Assembly (NCBI GenBank): GCA_020353515.1
Contig: CP070695.1
Location: 3,073,528-3,092,253, forward strand
DNA length: 18,726 bases
From: Candidatus Heimdallarchaeota archaeon
Lineage (GTDB): Archaea > Asgardarchaeota > Heimdallarchaeia > Hodarchaeales > Hodarchaeaceae
Direction: 5' to 3'
The stretch's first letter is position 1; every line of letters begins with the position of its first letter. Below are positions 1 to 7,635 of the stretch, piece after piece. Under the pieces are notes generated by a model. It was not told the DNA's origin, ran no database searches, and saw nothing but the letters and a program-made list of their open reading frames with translations. A program made the position numbers and the translations under genes.

Positions 1-86
1 TACACACGAACCTCCGTATGTTTTATTTCTCGTGTGAAAAAAAATCTTCTAAATGGAGGTATGAATGAATCAAATTTAGGATTTAC

Positions 87-545
87 TTAATCAATATCTT
101 TTATGGCCCATTCCAACAAATCATCACTTAGATACAGATCAGTTCTTAATTTTTCCAAGTATTTTAGATAGGTTTCTCTTGTTTGAATTATATTTTGAGT
201 GTAAAGAAGTTTCAACAAACCAAGGGTTCCAACTACCGCAATATCTCTATCTCTTGCTACTTTCCTAAGTGCGAGGTCATCTGTTGCAATCATTGATTTC
301 TTTTCAATAGCAAGTGATATTAATGACGTGTCAGTTGTACTTATACTCAGAGATTCTGTCTTAATTTTATCGGATGGGACGTCTATATTTATCCAAGAAG
401 GAATCTTAGTTTTTACCCATTTTCTTGAAAATTCTTCAAGAACATCAGGTGTAATGGCATAAGTCATATTTAACTGTCGGAGTTCTTCCAATAATCCAAG
501 ATATGTGAAAGTGCTTAAGACACTAGTGTCTAAAATAAGCATCAA
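87..545 (-). CDS. vapC: PIN-domain ribonuclease toxin, VapC/DUF3368-like
   Basis: N-terminal ILDTSVL PIN motif, ATDD acidic motif and VVGTLGLL C-terminal motif typical of DUF3368 PIN proteins; abuts upstream antitoxin (TTG at 545 or ATG at 542). Confidence 0.85.
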   Translation of the reverse strand: MMLILDTSVLSTFTYLGLLEELRQLNMTYAITPDVLEEFSRKWVKTKIPSWINIDVPSDKIKTESLSISTTDTSLISLAIEKKSMIATDDLALRKVARDRDIAVVGTLGLLKLLYTQNIIQTRETYLKYLEKLRTDLYLSDDLLEWAIKDID

Positions 546-546
546 A

Positions 547-822
547 TCACTTCAAAAGGTTCTTCGTAGCTTGAAATTCCTCCTCAGCCTCTTTTGATGA
601 AGCTGGCCCTCCTGATCTAAGTAAACGACGTTTACGAAATTCTTCTAAGAACTTGTCCACCTTCATACCTGCTAGTTCTGCAGATTTTGACATACTAATT
701 TTACCTTGTTGATAAAGTTCAAAAAGAATGAGTAAATGGTTTTGGTGTTCAAGATCCTCTTTAGATAATCCTGATAACTCAAGTAACTGGCGTGAAACCT
801 TAATTGATATTTCTTCAGTCAT
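547..822 (-). CDS. UPF0175-family antitoxin
   Basis: LFELYQQGKISMSKSAELAGM..FLEEFRKR matches the UPF0175 pattern; directly upstream of a DUF3368 PIN gene. ATG at 822 preferred over TTG at 831. Confidence 0.8.
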   Translation of the reverse strand: MTEEISIKVSRQLLELSGLSKEDLEHQNHLLILFELYQQGKISMSKSAELAGMKVDKFLEEFRKRRLLRSGGPASSKEAEEEFQATKNLLK

Positions 823-941
823 TACCCTCAACCTTATAGAAACATGACATAATTTTCATTAATATGATCTATTAAATTAAGTTTCCTATTCCTGATTTGA
901 ATAACTTTTTGTTCCAATAATAATTTTTTTTAGGAATATAT

Positions 942-994
942 CGTTGGCTATGTTACCAAAAATACGTATATTGATACGTATAATGTACTATAAC
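942..994 (+). repeat. Block A copy 1, 53-bp repeat (second copy at 16034-16086)
   Basis: 49/53 identical to 16034-16086; contains ATACGTATA twice at 12-bp spacing (962, 974). Confidence 0.95.
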
Positions 995-1003
995 GTTGGT
1001 TAT
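976..1003 (+). other. Putative 11-6-11 recombination site
   Basis: ACGTATAATGT-ACTATA-ACGTTGGTTAT; forms the junction between block A and block B. Confidence 0.55.
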
Positions 1004-1035
1004 ACTCAAAAATGACTTCAAAAGTGAAGTCATAA
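991..1035 (+). repeat. Block B copy 1, containing perfect inverted repeat ATGACTTCA-AAAG-TGAAGTCAT (1012-1033)
   Basis: 45/45 identical to 2524-2568; near-identical to 4263-4304. Confidence 0.95.
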
Positions 1036-1324
1036 ATTTCAGAAAGTTCCATCAAGTGCATAATTTTTATTAGCAGGGATTTATTTGATGTGTTATCAGA
1101 TTGGTTAGATACTCCCAAAAAGTATCGTGAATCTATTTCAGGGGTGTTTCACAACATGTATTGAGGAAAAAAAAGTAAGAGAGAGGAAGATTATAGTTGA
1201 ACTAGAGGTTTGCGAATAAGAATGATCTTCCTATGTAGGCCACTTCCAAGCATGCCAAATAATCAGGACATAGATGATGCAGATGATAACTCATACTGCA
1301 GGCAGGATGTAAAAAATGTAACCC

Positions 1325-2146
1325 TTATTGGGATTGGTAGCCTTGAGAAGCTTCGTGCAATCCAATGGCAAGAAGATTAAGTACTTTCATAGCTCTGGTA
1401 GGATTTAGTTTAAAATCTCCTACTTGGACAAGAGTCCTCGATTTCATAGGTAAAAGAATTGTTGTAATTCCTAGAGCATCTGATACTTTTACATTCTTCT
1501 TTTTGGCTTCAGATAGAGCTATAAATCCTTTAATTTCCTTATGAAGTTGAGACATACCATTCAAATGATTGCTAAAGAAACTTTGTTGTCTTTCCAATTT
1601 AATTGCTTGTTCCACATAGTTTCGCGTTTCTTGATCATTTCTTAAGGCCTGGAGAATTTGGGCCAGTTTAAACGCTAAAGATTCTTCTCCACTCGATTGG
1701 AGTAATGATTGTTCGTCAATCTCGATTTGATCAATTGCCCGTTGTATAGCAAAAAAGCCTTTCTGCCCCTTGAACAGACCTTTCTTTTCTATATAGATAA
1801 TAGTACTATCGCAAGGATAGGGCAATAGTGTTGTGTAAGTATACTCCTCAAAAACAATAAAACCTGTTCCTAAGGGGATAGGACTGAGAAAACCGATCAA
1901 ATTTTTAAAACTGTGTTCTTTAACGAAAGCATTAAAGAGCAAATAACGCTCCTTAAGTTTTTGAATCTTAGTTTTGCCCGCTAACCTTGATACACCAGTC
2001 CGTTTTTCATCCTCACTGACCGTAGGTATAAAGGCAGATTGGTATTCAAGAAATTGACCTAAATCCTTTTCAATCTGTTTAATATATTTAGAACGAACTT
2101 TACCTAAAGTTTTATCTGTCACTTGAAATTGGTCAAAGAATCTCAA
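1325..2146 (-). CDS. Hypothetical protein (273 aa)
   Basis: Long ORF, TTG start preceded by GGAGGA (complement of 2153-2158); no motif recognised. Confidence 0.75.
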   Translation of the reverse strand: MRFFDQFQVTDKTLGKVRSKYIKQIEKDLGQFLEYQSAFIPTVSEDEKRTGVSRLAGKTKIQKLKERYLLFNAFVKEHSFKNLIGFLSPIPLGTGFIVFEEYTYTTLLPYPCDSTIIYIEKKGLFKGQKGFFAIQRAIDQIEIDEQSLLQSSGEESLAFKLAQILQALRNDQETRNYVEQAIKLERQQSFFSNHLNGMSQLHKEIKGFIALSEAKKKNVKVSDALGITTILLPMKSRTLVQVGDFKLNPTRAMKVLNLLAIGLHEASQGYQSQ

Positions 2147-2274
2147 TAAAATTCCTCCAATTATTAAATCAAGAAAATTTGATTGTTTTATTAGTTCTAC
2201 ATTCGTCTCAAAAATATAACTAAATTATATACGAAATTCACTCCTACAATAAAAAAAATTGTACCCTTTTTTTC

Positions 2275-2442
2275 TCCATCATCAGTAGCAGGCGCCTCCT
2301 CCAATACGAGAATTCAGGACAGATTGGCACTATGGTGATTGCTGCCCTCAACTTGTTCAATTTTCCCTTTGGCACCATTTTTGCCATTGCGGCGCTCTAT
2401 GTCTTGTCTCAATCTGAAGTCGAACAGCTCTATACCCAGTAG
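2275..2442 (+). pseudogene. Block C copy 1: 3' end of a membrane-protein gene (SIISSRRLLQYENSGQIGTMVIAALNLFNFPFGTIFAIAALYVLSQSEVEQLYTQ*)
   Basis: Frame not in the ORF track; differences from copies at 11572 and 12701 are mostly synonymous in this frame; hydrophobic FPFGT helix pair; no 5' part of the gene present. The repeat continues through the 3' UTR to 2525. Confidence 0.75.
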
Positions 2443-2508
2443 TTTCTTGTTCTTGTGTGGAGGGAATTTTTCACCTTTTCTCTTTTTTCTTGAAGAGGTA
2501 ACTTTCCG

Positions 2509-2536
2509 ATTTCCAATGTCGCTTAACGTTGGTTAT
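2509..2536 (+). other. Putative 11-6-11 recombination site
   Basis: ATTTCCAATGT-CGCTTA-ACGTTGGTTAT; arms are 8/11 inverted-complementary; junction between block C and block B. Confidence 0.6.
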
Positions 2537-2568
2537 ACTCAAAAATGACTTCAAAAGTGAAGTCATAA
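2524..2568 (+). repeat. Block B copy 2 (inverted repeat 2545-2566)
   Basis: Identical to 991-1035. Confidence 0.95.
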
Positions 2569-2701
2569 TTTTTGAAAAGTCATATAAATTCTTCTAATCC
2601 TTTTAAATTTGTTTACAAATGCCAACACTATACTAAATAGGTATATCAGAATATTAATAACTATCACTAGTTTTTTGGCTTCTTTTTTTTATTTGGTTAA
2701 T

Positions 2702-2729
2702 TAATAAGCTGTCAGTGAACGTTGGTTAG
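2702..2729 (+). other. Putative 11-6-11 recombination site
   Basis: TAATAAGCTGT-CAGTGA-ACGTTGGTTAG; same TGT-N6-ACGTTGG spacing, intergenic. Confidence 0.45.
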
Positions 2730-2908
2730 TAATTGGGACAATATAATAGTATAGCACCGATTCTTGTACCGATAGACCTCGAAAGGAAATATCTTTAGTT
2801 GGATTTTTCTTATTGTTTTGATTAACCATTGATATTCGTGAAATGATTTGAGCTTGTAAGTACTGAGCTAGAGTATGTTCAAGCACAATAAATTAATTCT
2901 TGCAGAAA

Positions 2909-2965
2909 TGGAAGGATATATATATAACAATTATAGTTACAATAATAGTTTGCATAATAGAGGTT
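2909..2965 (+). promoter_or_regulatory. Candidate archaeal promoter/operator and RBS of the padR operon
   Basis: Purine run followed by ATATATATATAA (TATA-like), TAAC-N7-GTTA inverted repeat (2925-2939), GAGGT at 2960-2964 before TTG 2971. Confidence 0.3.
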
Positions 2966-2970
2966 GTCAA

Positions 2971-3324
2971 TTGAATCCTATTGAGAAATGGCAGGCAGCT
3001 TATCGCAAAGGATTTGCAAAGCCAATTATCCTAAGTATTCTTTATAATGAGGTAGAAAGCTATCCATATCGAATAACTAAGCAAATATCCGCAAATACTC
3101 ATGGACAATTAACAATTGCGCCATCCAATATTTATCCAATTCTTAAAGAGATGGTTCATGAGGATTTGATATATGAAAAAGGTGTTGATGAAAGAAGGAT
3201 TATTTACAGTATTACTAAGCGAGGAAGAGCATTTTTTGAAGATCTTAGTAACCATCTGTGCGAATTTTTGTCTGCAATGCAGAAAAATTTTGACAATCCC
3301 AAAGAGCTGAAGAAGGATGAATAA
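2971..3324 (+). CDS. PadR-family transcriptional regulator
   Basis: RKG..PIILSIL...SYPYRI...SNIYPILKEM...LI...RRIIYSITKRGR winged-helix PadR pattern; TTG 2971 with RBS preferred over the ORF-track start 2875. Confidence 0.9.
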   Translation: MNPIEKWQAAYRKGFAKPIILSILYNEVESYPYRITKQISANTHGQLTIAPSNIYPILKEMVHEDLIYEKGVDERRIIYSITKRGRAFFEDLSNHLCEFLSAMQKNFDNPKELKKDE

Positions 3325-3958
3325 AGAAATGGAATTAATAGATGATTATATTCAAGAAGTTAATATCTGGTTACCATATCCAATGAATTTGAAATCTAAG
3401 ATTCTAGAAAATCTCAAATCTGATATTCTAGAAACTATTAAAGATACAGGTGAAAAAAATCCAGTATTAGCCTTTGGTGATCCCTATCATGTTGCTAAAA
3501 GTATTAGTAAAGGTCAAGACTGGGGAACAATTCGTGCAGATTATGGAACGCGTTTTTGGGCTTATTTATTTGACCAAGTTATTATTTTTCTAGGAATGCT
3601 GATTGGTATTTATCTATATATCAGCATCTCCCTGAGATCAGGGTTCAACTCATTATCCTTATTTTTTACTGCATTTTTTGTGCTGCTTCCATATACCCTT
3701 TTCTGGATATATGGTTATTTCGTTATCTTAGAAAAAATATTTGCTGCAACACCTGGAAAACGATTATTAGGTTTATCAGTTTGTGATGAATCAGGGGTTC
3801 GTATAACGTGGCTTCAAGCAATAATAAGAAATATTACGAAATTTGAAACTACATTATTGTTGTTAGATACTATAATTGCACATTATAAAAAAACAAATTA
3901 CCAGCGATTAATGGATACTGTGGCCAAAACCATTGTGGTTAGAAGAATTAATTTTTAG
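3317..3958 (+). CDS. RDD-family membrane protein with N-terminal HAAS-like (DUF1700-type) helical domain
   Basis: N-term DDYIQEV...ILENLKSDILE...FGDPYHVAK; C-term RFWAYLFD, TPGKRLLGLSV, AIIRN, QRLMDTVAKTIVV RDD motifs; overlaps the padR stop. Confidence 0.85.
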   Translation: MNKEMELIDDYIQEVNIWLPYPMNLKSKILENLKSDILETIKDTGEKNPVLAFGDPYHVAKSISKGQDWGTIRADYGTRFWAYLFDQVIIFLGMLIGIYLYISISLRSGFNSLSLFFTAFFVLLPYTLFWIYGYFVILEKIFAATPGKRLLGLSVCDESGVRITWLQAIIRNITKFETTLLLLDTIIAHYKKTNYQRLMDTVAKTIVVRRINF

Positions 3959-4244
3959 ATCATGATAATTGCTTAAATCGGTTAACACACTATCCGAAGG
4001 ATTTTATCTCGAATAAACGGTTGAATAAGCAACAGCTGGAATTTAGGTGCTTAATTATAGCTTACTCCTGTGATGATCTAGCACTGATTTTTGGATAGAG
4101 TAATCTATATAGAACGTTCATTTATCATTGATATACAATATTCAAATGTCGTCAAGCAAAAATTATAATTGTTAAAGCCAGCTTTTGAGAAATTTTGACT
4201 TGTATATATCAGAATTTGTCGTTTAAGTTGGTTATATTCAAATG

Positions 4245-4272
4245 TCATAAAATGTCATTGATCGTTGGTTAT
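4245..4272 (+). other. Putative 11-6-11 recombination site, preceded by a degenerate copy at 4209-4235
   Basis: TCATAAAATGT-CATTGA-TCGTTGGTTAT; upstream TCAGAATTTGT-CGTTTA-A(-)GTTGGTTAT. Confidence 0.5.
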
Positions 4273-4304
4273 ATTCAAAAATGACTTCAAAAGTGAGGTC
4301 ATAA
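4263..4304 (+). repeat. Block B copy 3 (inverted repeat 4281-4302, one mismatch)
   Basis: CGTTGGTTATATTCAAAAATGACTTCAAAAGTGAGGTCATAA; two substitutions versus copies 1 and 2; similarity to copy 2 continues to about 4325. Confidence 0.93.
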
Positions 4305-4415
4305 TTTCTGAAAAATCCTATAAATACACAATTTCATAAAAATTCTAAAATCATATTGGTACTAAATCATTCTTTGTCAGTAATTGATCTTTCTGAAAAT
4401 ATATAGGTGAAATAA

Positions 4416-4682
4416 TTGACGCTATTTGAAGGATTTCTCCACATTGGTTTCATTATTACTGGATTAAGCTTCAGTGTATTTCTAGGGAGTTTGGTGAAAC
4501 ATTTTATTGATCTTAGGAATTTAATCTATAGATTATTTGACGAGTACAAGCAAGATGAGTTGTCAGAAAACTTAGCTAAACTTGATAAGAGTCTTATGAG
4601 TAGTGCACGCAGAATCTTTTTCTCTGGCTTTTTCATGGTTATTGGATTATTCATATCTTATGTCGGAGTGCTAAATAGTTAG
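4416..4682 (+). CDS. Small hypothetical membrane protein (2 predicted TM helices)
   Basis: AGGTGA RBS before TTG; hydrophobic segments at both termini. Confidence 0.7.
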   Translation: MTLFEGFLHIGFIITGLSFSVFLGSLVKHFIDLRNLIYRLFDEYKQDELSENLAKLDKSLMSSARRIFFSGFFMVIGLFISYVGVLNS

Positions 4683-4703
4683 GCCCCTAATTTGGACTTT
4701 AAT

Positions 4704-6164
4704 TCAAAATAATAAGAGGAATGGTGCGGTCAAGATAACCATTATCATTAAAATAAAGTATCTAGTTAGCTTGGAGTTTATTAGTCTTGTTTTCCCGAGA
4801 ATTGTGCTCAATCCTGACATAAGGATTATAACCAATAAGCTAAGCGGTCCTTTTATTACTAACAAAGGGATGCTATAAAAACTGGTTCCCAACAGTCCAA
4901 GGAGAAATTTACTTTTTCGCATATCCCATTTATTGACTGGAAACCGTTGCATAGGATTCTTAATTTCAAGTTGCATAATTTGCATACAGAAGTCGGCTAT
5001 TCGATAAATAACTATGAGTAAAATGATATGGATCCATGTGTTCTCTTTTGGTATAACGAATAAAATAATAAGGGTAATTCCAGTAACAATAATCGGAGCT
5101 TGGTAAAGATGTTTCCGTAACATCTGAATACGTTTAATAGCGAGCCAATCTTTTAATAAATAAGCTCGCCAAGGTGATTTGCCACTGATAATAGTTGTAC
5201 CCTTGATATTTTCGTTAATTAGCTCAGGAGGTTCAATGGTTTTCCCACCGAAAAGATCTTCTATTTGTGTTGCTTGAAATGATAATATAGGCATGATCTC
5301 TGTCATATCTACCATTGGGTTGTATTTCACTGCAACAAGACTAGCGATACATGTGAGTATGATTGATTCCAAAAATAAGATGAATAAGGCAAACCAACTA
5401 ATTAAAGGAACACCAGATCGAAAGAAAAAACCTGTTGCTGATACTGCTGTATTAATCAATGGAATAATAATGTATTTGGAAAGAGTATTGAAAGGGATGA
5501 AAAAATGCTGTTGTAACATTAGAAGTGCTATTATGGGGATTCCAAGAATAATTATACCAATTAGCGGATTAATGTTTACCCATATTAAGAACCAACTTCC
5601 CTTACGCCTGAACCTTCGAAGAGTAAAGAAAGCTAATTGTGCCATGCTTTCACAAAGATGATAAGTAAGAAAACATATAATCAGTACACTTGCTATTCTC
5701 CACCAAGGTAAATGAAGTACAAACATTAAAGGACCGAATAACGCTACAATCATAGGTCCCAAAACGAAGGATACTTTGAGAGACTCAGTTATTCGCGTTG
5801 AAACATACATTACAGATGGTTCAACTGGGATACGTTGAAAAAAGTGAATATCTTGTCGCCCACTAATAAAAGGGTTCCGAAGTCCAGTCGCTCCAGCAGT
5901 AATTGAATAAGACAACATTGTGGCAAAAAAGACTAAAAATCCGAATGATAATAAGTCTCTGTAAGGAATTGATGGTTGAGTGTTTTGTTGTGAGAAGATA
6001 CCTAAGAAAAGAATAACTAAAAGAACTCCAAAAATTAAAGCATAAAACAACAATAATAATATACCAAGTGTTAAAATAATGGGTGAGTGGCGTTTAAGTC
6101 CAATTTTTATTCGCAAACGACTCAAATCATATACTTTTTTAAGCAGATTCCTTATCGTTTCCAA
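4704..6164 (-). CDS. Multi-pass membrane protein, probable ABC exporter permease
   Basis: About 10-12 hydrophobic segments; start directly abuts the stop of an ABC ATPase gene. Confidence 0.75.
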   Translation of the reverse strand: METIRNLLKKVYDLSRLRIKIGLKRHSPIILTLGILLLLFYALIFGVLLVILFLGIFSQQNTQPSIPYRDLLSFGFLVFFATMLSYSITAGATGLRNPFISGRQDIHFFQRIPVEPSVMYVSTRITESLKVSFVLGPMIVALFGPLMFVLHLPWWRIASVLIICFLTYHLCESMAQLAFFTLRRFRRKGSWFLIWVNINPLIGIIILGIPIIALLMLQQHFFIPFNTLSKYIIIPLINTAVSATGFFFRSGVPLISWFALFILFLESIILTCIASLVAVKYNPMVDMTEIMPILSFQATQIEDLFGGKTIEPPELINENIKGTTIISGKSPWRAYLLKDWLAIKRIQMLRKHLYQAPIIVTGITLIILFVIPKENTWIHIILLIVIYRIADFCMQIMQLEIKNPMQRFPVNKWDMRKSKFLLGLLGTSFYSIPLLVIKGPLSLLVIILMSGLSTILGKTRLINSKLTRYFILMIMVILTAPFLLLF

Positions 6165-6974
6165 TTATTCTACTTCCTCCCCACCTTCAACTACAGCGAG
6201 GTAAACATCCTCAAGACTTGCATCCTCAGTTAGTCTATAACGCACCTCAGAGAGCGAACCTTGAGCTACTACTTGACAATCATGGTTCAATATAATAACA
6301 TCTGTACAAATACGTTCTATATCACTAAGTAAGTGACTACTGATAAGAATTGTTCCCTGAGAAGTAATAGCGAGTTCAGACACTCCTTCATCTATAAATT
6401 GTGATAGTAGATTCAGACAATAATGTCTTCCATCAGGATCAAGTCCATTGAGAGGTTCATCCAGAAGAAGAAGTTCAGGTCCTTGGATAAAGGCAGCAGC
6501 GACAGATAAACGTTGTCTATTTCCTTCAGATAAGGTGGTTATCATCTGCTCAGCCCAGCGTTCTAATTTAAATGCACTTAATAATGCGTCTACTCGAAAA
6601 GCTTGAATATCCTTTGGTATTCGAATGGCACAGGCAATCATCTGGAGATATTCTTTGGGAGATAAATGTTCGTAAAAGACATTCTCTTCTGGAACGTAAC
6701 CAATACGTTTCCTATAGGTTTGTAGACTCTGGTGTTTTACAAAGCCGTCTATACATGTTTCCTCTCCAAAAAGAGAGATTTGGCCATAAGTCACATCAGT
6801 AAAACCAAGTAAGCACTTGAACAGAGTGGTCTTTCCTGATCCATTGGGCCCTACCAATCCTGTACAAGAACCTTTGTTGATTGTTAATGATAGCTTATCG
6901 AATACAGGAAACGTACCATAGTTTTTTACCAATTCTTTCACATTAACAACAGCTTCTTGTTCTTTCATAAACAA
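6165..6974 (-). CDS. ABC transporter ATP-binding protein (ABC-2/multidrug type)
   Basis: Walker A GPNGSGKTT, IGYVPE loop, signature LSEGNRQR, Walker B LLLLDEP, D-loop GLDP, H-loop ISSH. Confidence 0.95.
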   Translation of the reverse strand: MFMKEQEAVVNVKELVKNYGTFPVFDKLSLTINKGSCTGLVGPNGSGKTTLFKCLLGFTDVTYGQISLFGEETCIDGFVKHQSLQTYRKRIGYVPEENVFYEHLSPKEYLQMIACAIRIPKDIQAFRVDALLSAFKLERWAEQMITTLSEGNRQRLSVAAAFIQGPELLLLDEPLNGLDPDGRHYCLNLLSQFIDEGVSELAITSQGTILISSHLLSDIERICTDVIILNHDCQVVAQGSLSEVRYRLTEDASLEDVYLAVVEGGEEVE

Positions 6975-7379
6975 CCAGCTTTAATTTAATAAAATGAGTA
7001 TATTAAAGAGCATAATTGAATTATATAATAGCTACCTAAAATTGGTTTTGACATTATTGGATTTGTCTTTATAGAATTGACCAAGTTTAGTCTCGCTTTG
7101 TGTCAAGAGAAAGATATAACTTAATTAATTCATTAAGCAAAATGTACCTGAATCGATATTCATATCATCCCAGAGCAATTTTATATAAAAAATTTGTATA
7201 TAGAGTTGGGTAGGTTAAAGGGTCTATCTTACTAGCTTTTCCTACTGACACATCAATATAATTTTCAAAGCGATCCTGGTGCGTTTCGGCAATGATTTTT
7301 GAGATTAAAAATTCTTTAATGAATTTTGAATTTATTTTCAATAAAAGTTAAAGAACAGTTCTGAAGATACGTTGGATTA

Positions 7380-7607
7380 ATGACTAATTACATAGGTATT
7401 TATATGGGTATGTGGTTAGGTTTTCAGTTTGGTCTGCGAAATGGCGAGATAGTGCATCTACGGATCATCCACATTCACAGAATATGTTTAAAGAAAAAAG
7501 AAGGAACATCTTTAATCAATGGTGGCTCTCCAAAAAAGGATTCAACTTGGTTGATCACTCCTCCTAGTTTTTCCTCAAGTGCTTATTTGTTCATGAAATT
7601 TAAATAA
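7380..7607 (+). pseudogene. Tyrosine recombinase/integrase fragment
   Basis: WLGFQFGLRNGEIVHLRI matches box I (GLRxxE..L); downstream SPKKDS resembles the catalytic-Lys hairpin; no HxxR/Tyr box II and no N-terminal domain; in-frame stop upstream at 7362-7364. Confidence 0.6.
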
Positions 7608-7635
7608 GAATAAAAAAATTCATCTCGTCAGGACA

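Noticed and set aside
3-44. CACACGA...TCGTGTG inverted repeat with adjacent A-run downstream of vapC
   Set aside because: Only 7 bp with a 20-nt loop at the window edge; may be a terminator but is too weak to call.
899-949. attC-like geometry GAATAAC-TTTTT-GTTCCAA...TAGGAAT-ATATC-GTTGGCT
   Set aside because: Weak pairing, both cores deviate from RYYYAAC/GTTRRRY, and the other GTTGG sites lack such an upstream hairpin. Not called an integron, though a covariance-model search should confirm this.
2339-2548. ORF-track peptides MLPS.CSIFPL.PFLP (also 11636-11875 and 12717-13016)
   Set aside because: Wrong frame of the block C repeat; lengths and C-termini differ between copies, whereas the other + frame shows a common stop and silent changes.
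991-4304. Block B copies as a CRISPR array
   Set aside because: Copies are 1.5-1.7 kb apart with genes between them; no regular spacers and no cas genes.
5293-5661. Shadow ORFs (also 2701-2886, 6572-6802, 7620-7868, 9525-9737, 11820-12077, 12147-12419, 12416-12670, 13609-13797, 14745-14930, 15434-15808)
   Set aside because: Antisense to well-supported genes or lacking RBS and motifs.
6495-6535. Non-canonical ABC signature LSEGN instead of LSGGQ
   Set aside because: Variants such as LSxG(N/M) are common in ABC-2-type ATPases; all other motifs are intact.
7085-7305. Minus-strand stretch reading KIIAETHQDRFENYIDV...*YEYRFRY, a possible gene relic
   Set aside because: No recognisable family and an internal stop; cannot be supported without a search.
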